Shown in pieces: positions 9,441 to 18,053 of a DNA stretch of 64,000 bases. The position numbers and the translations under genes are program-made. Source of the stretch: Candidatus Buchananbacteria bacterium (lineage in GTDB: Bacteria > Patescibacteriota > Patescibacteriia > 2-01-FULL-39-33 > JBAYJR01). The notes below the pieces were generated by a model. The model did no database searches. It saw only the letters and a program-made list of their open reading frames with translations, and was not told the origin of the DNA. Every line of letters begins with the position of its first letter. Within the stretch, counting starts at the first letter, position 1. Location of the stretch: positions 4,727 to 68,726 of the forward strand of contig JBAYJR010000001.1 in assembly GCA_041665005.1 (NCBI GenBank). The letters are read 5' to 3'.

Positions 9441-9520
9441 TAAAATGATAGCAGCCTCCTTCCTCTGAGGAGACAAGAATTTTTTCTTGGCTTCTCAGAG
9501 AAGGGACAAAAATTTGTTCC
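9441..9520 (+). repeat. Conserved 5' leader element, copy 1 (homologous to 10824-10895)
   Basis: cagcctccttcctctgaggagacaagaattttttcttggcttctcagagaagggacaaaaa aligns with cagccccccttttccaaggagacaaaaattatcttttggctttttagaaaagggataag; the small hairpin changes in a compensatory way (cttc/gaag versus ctttt/aaaag). Confidence 0.6.
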
Positions 9521-9547
9521 AGATTGATTTTTAGAAAGGAGAAAACT

Positions 9548-9721
9548 ATGTTTTCTTTTTGCTATTACGCGGTGTTAATCACCGCAATGTTCGCTCTTTT
9601 TTTTACGGCAGTATATAAAGGCTTAGTAAAAAAAGATTATCTCAAGTTTGGTATCTGTATGGGGTTGATGAATTTTTTCGGCCTCATCATCATGGTATCA
9701 AAGTGGATGCTAAACATATAG
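9548..9721 (+). CDS. Small hydrophobic membrane peptide (57 aa, two predicted TM helices)
   Basis: RBS AAAGGAG 8 nt before ATG at 9548 (MFSFCYYAVLITAMFALFF ...); the track's TTG start at 9524 is less likely. Confidence 0.5.
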   Translation: MFSFCYYAVLITAMFALFFTAVYKGLVKKDYLKFGICMGLMNFFGLIIMVSKWMLNI

Positions 9722-9735
9722 GTTTCTAAAGGTAT

Positions 9736-9770
9736 CCGAGAGAATACTAAGGTATAAATACCATCTCTCG
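9736..9770 (+). repeat. Conserved two-tier hairpin, copy 1 (CCGAGAGAAT-loop-ATCTCTCG), terminator-like
   Basis: Outer stem CGAGAGA/TCTCTCG, inner stem GGTA/TACC; copies 2 and 3 have the same architecture; followed by a T-rich tract. Confidence 0.6.
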
Positions 9771-10325
9771 TCTTCTTGAGGGTTGCAGAATATTTTCTGA
9801 AATTCTCCAGAAGCTTCCGCAGCCGCGGTTTGCGGACTGAGGAGGTTATTACACTATACATTAAAATTGAGGTTAGTCACTTTTGTGACGCTGACTGACT
9901 GGCGCTTTGTTCTTGGTCTTGGACTAAGGGTTTAGCGTTTAACCAGTTGGTGACTAAACCACCAAGGTCTTTGACCTTAAGAGGTTTGGTCTCGGCCAAG
10001 AGTTTTCTTGGCCGCCTCTACTTAAGGGTTGCAGATGATTATTTGAAACTCTCAAGTAGTTTTTTCACCAAGTAGGGTGGAAAAATAAAAAATAGACCTT
10101 TAAAATTTTGCAACTAAATTTTTGCTTAGGAGGCCAATTTTGACTGACGCTTCATTGGTGTAAAACTAAATGATGTCTAGGTTAAATTGGATTTGCCCAT
10201 AATTATTTGGGTCAGGAAGTTAAGTTTTAGAATAATATTACTATAATATTTTCTAGTTTTACTTAACTACAATCTTAAGCAAAAGTTTAGTTGCAAAAAT
10301 TATTTACTGTGAAGGAGGTGGAGAG

Positions 10326-10785
10326 CTTGAAGCTTGAAACCAGACCAAAACATTTTTTGGATTTTTTGCTATGGCCACTACTGCGAATTTTTTGGGAGCC
10401 ATTATCCCGGAAGAATTCCCACTGGTGGCACTGGTTAGACTATTACGGCAATGTTTTTTTGCCGTTAGAAATAAATCCGGTGCCGTCAAAAGAAATTCGT
10501 TATAGTTTTTGGCAGCGGTTTTACCTGACCAACTTCGGTTGGCGCAAAGTCGTCGTAGTTAAGCCAAAAGGCTACACGGGTGGCTATCGCCTGGGCTTTA
10601 TTTCCCAGACAGAGAAAAAGAAGCAGGTCTGCGCGGTCATTTTGTCAGGTCAGGCCGCGGCCTTAATCGGTGGCAGTAAAGTTCAGTTCTTTGCCATTGA
10701 TTATTATGGTAGGGAGATTCCCTTAGAATTGGTAGAGGTTACTTATAACAAAGCAACACTGCCAAAAGAAATCATTCTAGTTTAG
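10326..10785 (+). CDS. Hypothetical protein (about 153 aa from TTG; the track's ATG at 10291 gives 164 aa)
   Basis: A strong RBS, GAAGGAGGTGG, lies inside the track ORF 6 nt before TTG at 10326, which suggests the real start is the TTG. Confidence 0.4.
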
Positions 10786-10823
10786 TTAATGGGCTGGAAA
10801 TATTATTTAAGTTAAAATTTAAG

Positions 10824-10895
10824 TAATATCAGCCCCCCTTTTCCAAGGAGACAAAAATTATCTTTTGGCTTTTTAGAAAAGGGATAAGTAACATC
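10824..10895 (+). repeat. Conserved 5' leader element, copy 2
   Basis: See copy 1 at 9441-9520. Confidence 0.6.
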
Positions 10896-10924
10896 ATCCC
10901 TAATTGCTCATTGAGAGGTGAAAA

Positions 10925-11176
10925 ATGAAAAAAGAAGTTAAATTTTCATTATGTAAGACTTACTCCTTTTTAGGAGTGGTCTGGATTGGGATTATATTTT
11001 TAATAATCTGGGTGTTCGGTTTTGGGGAAACCAGATTGCCAATCAGTGTATCAACTATTTCCGACGGTACAGTTTTTATTATCTGTACCCTCGGGGCCAT
11101 CTATTTGGCCACTCTTTTTTTAGCAACAGCTTTGTTTTATTGCTTTAATCGCCAATGGCCCTGGCGGAAAAGTTAG
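10925..11176 (+). CDS. Small membrane protein (83 aa, two to three TM helices)
   Basis: RBS GAGAGGTG before the ATG; strongly hydrophobic; followed by conserved hairpin copy 2. Confidence 0.5.
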   Translation: MKKEVKFSLCKTYSFLGVVWIGIIFLIIWVFGFGETRLPISVSTISDGTVFIICTLGAIYLATLFLATALFYCFNRQWPWRKS

Positions 11177-11193
11177 GGTAAACAAAAGAGCAT

Positions 11194-11227
11194 CCGAGAG
11201 AATGCCTAGGTAAAATACCATCTCTCG
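11194..11227 (+). repeat. Conserved two-tier hairpin, copy 2
   Basis: ccgagagaatgcctaggtaaaataccatctctcg followed by ttttt. Confidence 0.6.
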
Positions 11228-11324
11228 TTTTTCCAAATTTATTATTAAAAAATAGTAAATTTAGAAAAATTCAGCACCAAATGGTGATGAATAAGTTATG
11301 CTTAAAAAGGAGATGGTTAATATG

Positions 11325-11549
11325 TTCGGAGGCATTAATGTTTTCCAGTCTAACACCTGTAAGGGTGTTTTGGTAAAATTGGCATATAAGTTAGTTTACA
11401 GAGGGCCATTTGCTGCGATGCCAACTTACCACACCGGAGTGTTTGTTCTTCCGGATGGAATTAATTTGGAACATGTCAATCTTAATCAGCACATACCCCA
11501 CAAGCCATACCAAAAGGTTGAGCTTGTGGAAGTATTAAGAGCTGACTGA
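11325..11549 (+). CDS. Small soluble hypothetical protein (about 75 aa)
   Basis: RBS AAGGAG 9 nt before ATG at 11325 (MFGGINVF ...); the track start at 11298 is less likely; followed by conserved hairpin copy 3. Confidence 0.4.
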   Translation, partial: FGGINVFQSNTCKGVLVKLAYKLVYRGPFAAMPTYHTGVFVLPDGINLEHVNLNQHIPHKPYQKVELVEVLRAD

Positions 11550-11566
11550 TTAGGCTATTAGTGTAT

Positions 11567-11601
11567 CTGAGAGAATACTAAGGTATAAATACCATCTCTC
11601 G
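11567..11601 (+). repeat. Conserved two-tier hairpin, copy 3
   Basis: ctgagagaatactaaggtataaataccatctctcg; the closing base pair changes C-G to U-G. Confidence 0.6.
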
Positions 11602-11690
11602 TTTTCCTAAGTTTTGCAGAATTGAAAAATTTAGGAAACTGGTTAAAGAAATTTGACCAGTAGAAATAAAATTTAAAGGAGGCAAGTAGA

Positions 11691-12068
11691 ATGAATAAAG
11701 AGACGAAAGAGATGTGCAAAACGGTAGTTATTTTTTTGTTACTTGTGGGGGTTGTGGTAGGTATTTTCGACCATTATATGTCGAAAACTTCTCAAGCGAA
11801 AAAAGAAGCCGAACTAAAGGCCCGGTGGGAGCATCAATACAACACAGACATGCAGGCCCGCGACCGGATTAAACCAGTCGCGAATGGCTGGGAGTATAAT
11901 GGTAAAATTGAAAACGATGAACAGCTTTCGGTTGCTTGGTCTGAAATTAACAAACAATTACACCAATCCCGGTTTGGTCTCACTCCAGATGAGGATCCGT
12001 TTGAACTGCGGCTCATTGTCCGCGTTAATCCAGCGGACATCATCTCTCCGGCGCCAAGACGTAAGTAG
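11691..12068 (+). CDS. Hypothetical protein with an N-terminal TM helix
   Basis: RBS AAGGAGG; intrinsic terminator at 12087-12116 (ggggttat-ttaa-tataacccc plus ttctttct). Confidence 0.5.
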   Translation: MNKETKEMCKTVVIFLLLVGVVVGIFDHYMSKTSQAKKEAELKARWEHQYNTDMQARDRIKPVANGWEYNGKIENDEQLSVAWSEINKQLHQSRFGLTPDEDPFELRLIVRVNPADIISPAPRRK

Positions 12069-12303
12069 CTTTGCCGGCTAGTCTTAGGGGTTATTTAATA
12101 TAACCCCTTCTTTCTAAGGGCACCACGATTGGTGATGCTTTGAGAAAGGAAAATATTTAAATAAAATATTTATTTAAGCTAGAGGTTAATCATGCTACGC
12201 GGAAGATTATGATGAAAAACTAAAAAAATAATTTTAAACCGAGTTTTTAGAAATAAAAATACCACTTTAGTTAGTTGTTCACAAGTTAACTCTTGACAAA
12301 GAC

Positions 12304-12332
12304 TTGAGAATAGCTAACTGCGGTGATATACT
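12304..12332 (+). promoter_or_regulatory. Sigma70-like promoter, TTGAGA-17-TGaTATACT; same extended -10 as the promoter at 8984
   Basis: TTGAGA at 12304-12309, extended -10 at 12324-12332; an upstream TTGACA at 12293 would give a 28 nt spacer and is rejected. Confidence 0.45.
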
Positions 12333-12339
12333 ACTGCGG

Positions 12340-12477
12340 TAGAGAAGACGCGATATTATTGGTTGGCTCAAAATCAACCTCGTCACGCCTAGCGTGACAA
12401 AATCTCTCTCCTCGGTAGATTTCTGACTAACCAATTTGCCCTTCTTGAACACCCCCGCTTCGGCTGGGGTGTTTTTA
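12340..12477 (+). ncRNA. Candidate small RNA (about 135 nt) ending in a strong intrinsic terminator
   Basis: Long-range pairing attggttgg / ccaaccaat-like, internal perfect hairpin gtcacgc-cta-gcgtgac, terminator cacccccgc-ttcg-gctggggtg plus TTTTTATT (12450-12477); no ORF; does not match SRP, tmRNA or RNase P motifs that I can recognise. Confidence 0.35.
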
Positions 12478-12539
12478 TTGCGCTAAAATTGTTATAATAA
12501 AGTTGTTTAGACAGTAACTAATTATCTTTAGTAAAATTT

Positions 12540-12920
12540 ATGTCTTTAAAAAGTTTATTAGCTACCTTGTGGGCCTGTACTTTGTTGTTGTGGTTAACTT
12601 GGAGCCTGGTCTTATTTAAGATTGATCCGATAGAAGGCGGATTTTTGGCAATTAGTTTTTTTTATAGCAGTTTAGTTTTAGCTTTATTGGGAACTTTTGT
12701 CCTAGCGGGTTATTATTTGCGACGTTATCGTCAGCCCGAAGCATTGCCTTACCGATTAGTGGTAATTTCTTTACGTCAGGGCTGGTGGTTTAGCTTGGTA
12801 GTGTTAATTACTTTAATTTTGCAAAGTCAAAATTGGTTAACTTGGTGGAATGTCGCGTTATTAATTTTAGCCCTAGGAATTTTGGAATTTTTCTTTATTT
12901 CTTTCAAGGGAGAAAATTAA
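12540..12920 (+). CDS. Hypothetical integral membrane protein (four TM helices)
   Basis: Hydrophobic profile; -10 TATAAT at about 12492. Confidence 0.5.
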   Translation: MSLKSLLATLWACTLLLWLTWSLVLFKIDPIEGGFLAISFFYSSLVLALLGTFVLAGYYLRRYRQPEALPYRLVVISLRQGWWFSLVVLITLILQSQNWLTWWNVALLILALGILEFFFISFKGEN

Positions 12921-13000
12921 ATTTTTGGCTTAATTGCTAAACTTGCTTTTGTTGGCCAAAGATAGTATAATAATCCTATTATTTAGGATTATTTATTTTA

Positions 13001-14065
13001 ATGAAAGATCAATTAACTAAGTTATTAGCTTTAGCCAAACAGGAAATTTCTCAAGCCAGTGATTTGGCGGCGATAACACAATTAGAAATTAAATATTTAG
13101 GACGCGCTCAGGGCGAGTTAACGGCGATTTTGCGTCAATTAAAAACTGTGGCTGAAGCGGATCGGCCAATGGTGGGCCAATTAGCTAATCAGGTTAAACT
13201 AGAATTAGAGCAGGCTTTGAATACTAAAAAACAGGAATTAACCACAGGCGACTTGGCTGGCAATTTAGCTAAAGATTGGTTGGATGTTACTAGTCCGGGT
13301 TTAACTAAGGCAGTTGGTCATTTACACCCCATTACCCAGGCAATTAATGAAATCGTAGAAATTATGGGGCAGTTGGGTTTTTATCGCGTGCGTTATCCCG
13401 AAGTAGAGTGGGATTATTATGCTTTTTCCAGTTTAAATATGCCGGCTGATCATCCCGCTCGCGATGAATGGGAAACTTTTTTTATTGATAAAGAACCGGT
13501 TGGTGAGCTGGGCCAACGGTTATTAACACCCCATACTTCTTCGGGTCAGGTGCGAGAAATGGAAAAGGGTCGGTTGCCAATTAGAATGTTAAATGTTGCT
13601 AAATGCTATCGGCGTCAGATGGATGTTTCGCATTTAGTAATGTTTCATCAATTTGAAGGTTTGTTGGTTGATAAAAATGTCAGCATCGCGGAAATTAAGG
13701 GTACGTTTGATTTTTTTGTCAAAAAGTTTTTTGGTCCCGATCGGACGATTCGTTTACGACCGCATCATTTTCGGTTTACCGAACCAAGTTTTGAAATTGA
13801 TGTATCTTGTGGTTTATGTGGCGGGACTGGCAAATTAAGCCAAGGCGAGGATTGCCGGGTTTGTAAAATGGGTTGGTTGGAATTAGGCGGCGCCGGCATG
13901 GTGCATCCGAATGTTTTAAAAGCGGGGAAAATTGACCCCAAAGTTTATCAGGGCTTTGCTTTTGGTTGGGGAGTGGAACGAACTTATATGATGAAGGCGG
14001 GAGTAAAATTAGATGACATCCGTTTAATTTATCAAAACGATTTAAGATTTTTAGAACAATTTTAA
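13001..14065 (+). CDS. pheS: Phenylalanine--tRNA ligase alpha subunit, with an inserted Cys4 zinc-ribbon
   Basis: Class II motifs FRFTEPSFEID ... GWGVERT; insertion SCGLCGGTGKLSQGEDCRVCKMG where E. coli PheS has a short loop. Confidence 0.95.
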   Translation: MKDQLTKLLALAKQEISQASDLAAITQLEIKYLGRAQGELTAILRQLKTVAEADRPMVGQLANQVKLELEQALNTKKQELTTGDLAGNLAKDWLDVTSPGLTKAVGHLHPITQAINEIVEIMGQLGFYRVRYPEVEWDYYAFSSLNMPADHPARDEWETFFIDKEPVGELGQRLLTPHTSSGQVREMEKGRLPIRMLNVAKCYRRQMDVSHLVMFHQFEGLLVDKNVSIAEIKGTFDFFVKKFFGPDRTIRLRPHHFRFTEPSFEIDVSCGLCGGTGKLSQGEDCRVCKMGWLELGGAGMVHPNVLKAGKIDPKVYQGFAFGWGVERTYMMKAGVKLDDIRLIYQNDLRFLEQF

Positions 14066-14066
14066 T

Positions 14067-16436
14067 ATGCACTTAATGGTTAGTTACAACTGGCTGAAAG
14101 AATATTTACGGACCAAAAAGACGGCCAAAGAATTTGCGGCCGAAATTTCTTTAAAAGGCCCGACGGTTGATCATATTATTGAAACTCAGGCGGGTTTTAG
14201 CGGAGTGGTGGTGGGTAAAATTTTAGAAATTAATCGGCACCCAGATGCGGATAAACTGCAAGTTACTAAAGTAGAAGTTGGCAAGGCGGGAGGAATTTTA
14301 ACCATTGTTTGTGGCGCGGCCAATATTGCGGTTGGTCAAAAGGTGCCCGTGGCGTTAATTGGTGCCATGTTGCCGGGAGAATTTAAGATTGCTAAACGGG
14401 AAATGCGTGGGGTGGTTTCTCAAGGCATGCTTTGTTCGGCTAAAGAATTACAGTTTGGCGAAGATCATTCGGGGATTTTAATTTTAGCAGAAGATTCTAT
14501 CGTGGGTTTACCGTTGGAAAAAGTTTTGCCGGTTAATGATGCGGTGTTGGATTTTGAAATTACCTCTAATCGTCCTGATGCGATGTCGGTAGTTGGTCTA
14601 GCCCGAGAGGCCAGCGCGATTTTAGCAGAAAAATTTTTATATCGTGAACCAAAAGTTGATTTAAAATTAACGACCAAGGCCTTACCCTTGCATTTAGAAA
14701 TTAAAGAACCACAACTTTGTCCACGTTATCAGGCGGTGGTTTTAAGCGGAGTCAGGGTGGCTCCTTCGCCGTTGTGGTTACAACAACGGCTAATTGCTTC
14801 CGGTTTACGGCCGATTAATAATTTAGTGGATATTACTAATTATGTTTTGTTGGAATACGGCCAGCCATTACACGTGTTTGATTATGATAAATTAGTTGGT
14901 CATAAAATTATCGTTAGACAGGCTAAGGCGGGGGAAAAAATCTTAGCGTTAGACGGTAAAACTTACGAGTTAAATGCGCCACAGTTGGTTATTGCGGATG
15001 AACAACAACCCGTGGCAGTGGCCGGGGTAATGGGAGGGGAATTAAGTTCGGCCCAAGTAACCACTAAACAGGTAGTAATTGAAGCGGCTAATTTTTCGGC
15101 AGTGTCGGTTAGGAAAACAGCTCGCGCCTTAAATTTACATTCCGAAGCCTCAGATTTATTTGAAAAAAGCTTAAGTCCTAGTGGCACTTACCCGGCTATT
15201 TTACGGGCAATTGAATTAATAATTAAGCTAGCGGACGGCCAAGTGGCTTCAGAAATTTTTGATCAAGGTAAAAAAATTGCAGCCCCGGAAGTGATTAAAT
15301 TATCCTTAGCGACGGTGGATAAATATTTGGGAGTAAAAATTTCGCCAATCCAAATTAAAAAGATTTTAGTTAGCCTGGGTTTTGTGGTTAGCGGTAATAG
15401 TAAAGAAATTTCGGTTACCGCTCCGGCTTGGCGGGCTGCTGAAATTGAAGGTGAACATGATTTAATTGAAGAAATCGCTCGGATTTATGGTTATCAAAAT
15501 TTGCCGACGCACACCCCTTTGGGCGAAGTACCGGCTTGGCCAGTGGAAATTAGTTTTTATTGGGAAAATATTATTAAAAATTGTTTGGCGGGTTTAGGCT
15601 TTTGGGAAATTTATAGTTATTCTTTGGTTAGTGAAAAAAGTCTTAAATCTTTGGGGTTAGCAACCACTGATTGTTTAGCAGTGGTCAATCCTTTAAGCTC
15701 CGAATATCAATATTTGCGTACTAGTTTACTGCCTAGTTTGTTAAAAGTGGTTGGTGATAATCAAGATAACTTTGCCTCGCAACATCTTTTTGAATTAGCT
15801 AATATTTATCAGCCTCAACTAAATGACTTACCGCAAGAGGAGTTAACTTTAGCCTTAGTGCAAACCGGCTTAGAGGCGGCTAAAACTTTTTTTGATCTAA
15901 AAGGCAGTTTAACGGTCTTGTTTGATAAATTGGGAGTGGTGGCGGAATATAAAAATTTTACGGGCGAAAATTTTTGGCATCCCGCTCGGAGTGCCGAAAT
16001 TTTGGTTGCCGGGGTAGTGGTTGGTAAATTAGGGGAAATTAGGCCCGAAGCTAAAGCTAATTATGATTTAAAACAACCAATCGTGGCGGCTCAGCTTAAC
16101 TTAACGGCGTTAATTAAGCTTGCGCGACTTTATAAAACTTATATTCCTTTGCCAAAATTTCCCGCCATGGTTTTAGATTTATCAGTAGTACTGGCCAAAC
16201 AAGTTAGTTGGCAAGAATTGGCCCAAACAGTCAAAGGAGTTAATAAGTTAATCCAGGCCGTGGAATTATTTGATGTTTATCAGGGGGCTAATATTCCCGA
16301 GGGTAAAAAGAGCGTAGCCTTTAGCGTGACTTATCGTCATCCTGAACGAACCTTAAAATCCGAAGAAGTGGATAATATTCAAACAGAGATAATTAAGTTG
16401 CTGCGGGAAAAGTTTAACGGAGAAATTAGGCAATAA
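14067..16436 (+). CDS. pheT: Phenylalanine--tRNA ligase beta subunit
   Basis: N-terminal tRNA-binding domain, B3/B4 and B5 domains and C-terminal FDX-ACB-like region recognisable; immediately follows pheS. Confidence 0.95.
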   Translation: MHLMVSYNWLKEYLRTKKTAKEFAAEISLKGPTVDHIIETQAGFSGVVVGKILEINRHPDADKLQVTKVEVGKAGGILTIVCGAANIAVGQKVPVALIGAMLPGEFKIAKREMRGVVSQGMLCSAKELQFGEDHSGILILAEDSIVGLPLEKVLPVNDAVLDFEITSNRPDAMSVVGLAREASAILAEKFLYREPKVDLKLTTKALPLHLEIKEPQLCPRYQAVVLSGVRVAPSPLWLQQRLIASGLRPINNLVDITNYVLLEYGQPLHVFDYDKLVGHKIIVRQAKAGEKILALDGKTYELNAPQLVIADEQQPVAVAGVMGGELSSAQVTTKQVVIEAANFSAVSVRKTARALNLHSEASDLFEKSLSPSGTYPAILRAIELIIKLADGQVASEIFDQGKKIAAPEVIKLSLATVDKYLGVKISPIQIKKILVSLGFVVSGNSKEISVTAPAWRAAEIEGEHDLIEEIARIYGYQNLPTHTPLGEVPAWPVEISFYWENIIKNCLAGLGFWEIYSYSLVSEKSLKSLGLATTDCLAVVNPLSSEYQYLRTSLLPSLLKVVGDNQDNFASQHLFELANIYQPQLNDLPQEELTLALVQTGLEAAKTFFDLKGSLTVLFDKLGVVAEYKNFTGENFWHPARSAEILVAGVVVGKLGEIRPEAKANYDLKQPIVAAQLNLTALIKLARLYKTYIPLPKFPAMVLDLSVVLAKQVSWQELAQTVKGVNKLIQAVELFDVYQGANIPEGKKSVAFSVTYRHPERTLKSEEVDNIQTEIIKLLREKFNGEIRQ

Positions 16437-16468
16437 TTTTAATAATTTTAAAAATTAAAACAAACTTT

Positions 16469-16768
16469 ATGTTAGGCACTTCACACGATCTATTGTTGGT
16501 AGTTATCGCTAGTTGTTTATTTTTATTCACCTTGTTTGTTTGTTGGGGGATGTTTTATCTAATTATGATTTTTCGGGATTTTAGTAAGATAACTTCCAGT
16601 TTTAGAAAAAAATTAGAATTAATTGATGGAATTTTAAAAGGTTTGAAGGAGAGATTAGAGAATACTTCCGCCTCTATGGGACTATTAGTAGAAGGGGTGT
16701 CAAAGATTGTTAAATATTTTCAGGAGAGAGCTGAAAAAAAAGAAACCAAGAAAAAAAGGAGTAAATAG
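16469..16768 (+). CDS. Hypothetical small membrane protein
   Basis: N-terminal TM helix, coiled C-terminus. Confidence 0.45.
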   Translation: MLGTSHDLLLVVIASCLFLFTLFVCWGMFYLIMIFRDFSKITSSFRKKLELIDGILKGLKERLENTSASMGLLVEGVSKIVKYFQERAEKKETKKKRSK

Positions 16769-16868
16769 CTTAGCTAAATTAATACCGATAATAAATAAGG
16801 ATCATATACCAATATTCCTTAGCTAAGGTCTGGTTTTTGATTGTGCAAAACAATATTTTTATTAATTT

Positions 16869-18050
16869 ATGTCTCAGCTCAAAGATAATTGCCAAGAACT
16901 TACCAACCTGCTTTTGGAACTTAAAAACCTTAAGTCGGAGTTTGATTTGGCTTATCAAGAAGCTTTGGTTAGTCGTGACCTGACTAAACTCAGGGGGTTA
17001 AAGATGCAAATTGAGAGCGAGGTAAGTAAATTAGAGGTTAAGGCCGATCCTTTTAATGTCGCCTTTGAAGTAGATTTGAGAAAAAAATTAGCTGAACAAA
17101 GTAATTTAGATTTTGTTGGTGCTTTCCATGAGGGCTGGGCTTTGGTTAAAAATGGTGTAGAATATTTTTATATAGATCGGACTGGCAAGGAAATTGGTCC
17201 GGTCATGTTTAGTCCTGTTAGGTATGATTATGCTCAAAATTTTTCAAACGGTTTGGCTTGGGTTGTAATAAGTGGAAAATATTTTTATATTGATTACACA
17301 GGCAAAGAAATTAGCGTTGAAAGATACGACGATGCTACTGACTTTAAGGAAGGCTTGGCGGGTGTTAAAAGAGGCAAAGAATGGTTTTTTATCAATCCTG
17401 CTGGTCAAGCAATTAATTTAGAAAGATATGATGATGTCGGCAACTTTTCTGAAGGCTTGGCTCGAGTTATAAAAAAACACACCCAGTGGTTTTATATTAA
17501 TCACGCTGGTCAAGAAATTAGCGCCGAAAGATACGATGGTGCTGAGGATTTTCATGAAGGCTTAGCTCGAGTTAGAAAAGATAACAAGTGGTTCTATATT
17601 AATCGAGTTGGTTCAGAATTAGTCTTGAAGGACTATGATTTTGTTGGTGATTTTGTTGGTGGCTTGGCCGTGGCCCGAAAGGATAAGAAATATTTATACA
17701 TTGATCACTCGGGTAAGGAAATTATTTCAGCCAAGTATAACGCGGCCGGTGGTTTTGTAGAAGGCTTGGCTTGGGTTAGGGAAGGCGAAAAATATTATTT
17801 TATTGATCGTACTGGTCAAGAAATTAGTGCCGAAAGATATGATCGTGTTGGCAACTTTTCGGAAGGCTTGGCTTTGGTTAGGGAAGACAATAAATATTAT
17901 TTTATTGATCGTGCTGGTCGAGCAATCAATCCCGAAAAATATGATTTTGCCGAAAATTTTTCAGAAGGCTTGGCTCGGGTTACAAAAGATGGCAAGTGGT
18001 TTTATATTGACCATGCCGGCCGCAAAATATTTGAGGGGGAATTGCCTTAA
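16869..18050 (+). CDS. Paralog A1: conserved N-terminal CxELT..LKxLKxEFDL module plus about nine WG-like beta-propeller repeats
   Basis: Repeats of the form [KE][WY]F[YF]I[DN]xxGxEIxxERYDxAxxFSEGLARV resemble the KWG / WG-containing repeat (PF14903); the N-terminal 60 aa are shared with A2, A3 and the B family. Confidence 0.6.
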   Translation: MSQLKDNCQELTNLLLELKNLKSEFDLAYQEALVSRDLTKLRGLKMQIESEVSKLEVKADPFNVAFEVDLRKKLAEQSNLDFVGAFHEGWALVKNGVEYFYIDRTGKEIGPVMFSPVRYDYAQNFSNGLAWVVISGKYFYIDYTGKEISVERYDDATDFKEGLAGVKRGKEWFFINPAGQAINLERYDDVGNFSEGLARVIKKHTQWFYINHAGQEISAERYDGAEDFHEGLARVRKDNKWFYINRVGSELVLKDYDFVGDFVGGLAVARKDKKYLYIDHSGKEIISAKYNAAGGFVEGLAWVREGEKYYFIDRTGQEISAERYDRVGNFSEGLALVREDNKYYFIDRAGRAINPEKYDFAENFSEGLARVTKDGKWFYIDHAGRKIFEGELP

Positions 18051-18053
18051 TCT

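Noticed and set aside
9637-9861. 74 aa minus-strand ORF
   Set aside because: It overlaps the small peptide gene and conserved terminator hairpin on the opposite strand, has no RBS and is of low complexity.
12293-12298. TTGACA as the -35 of the second sRNA promoter
   Set aside because: The spacer to the -10 would be 28 nt. TTGAGA at 12304 gives the canonical 17 nt.
12340-12477. SRP RNA, 6S RNA or tmRNA identity for the sRNA candidate
   Set aside because: No GGAA tetraloop or AGGUCCGGAAGGAAGCAGC-like domain IV motif, too short for 6S, and no tRNA-like end. It stays unclassified.
13776-14072. 98 aa minus-strand ORF inside pheS
   Set aside because: Antisense to a confidently identified essential gene. 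Typical spurious overlapping ORF. The same reasoning rejects 14465-14677, 14963-15187, 21510-21803, 22717-22899, 23544-23840, 40395-40802, 47458-48539, 36311-36760, 32596-33140 and 35850-36092.
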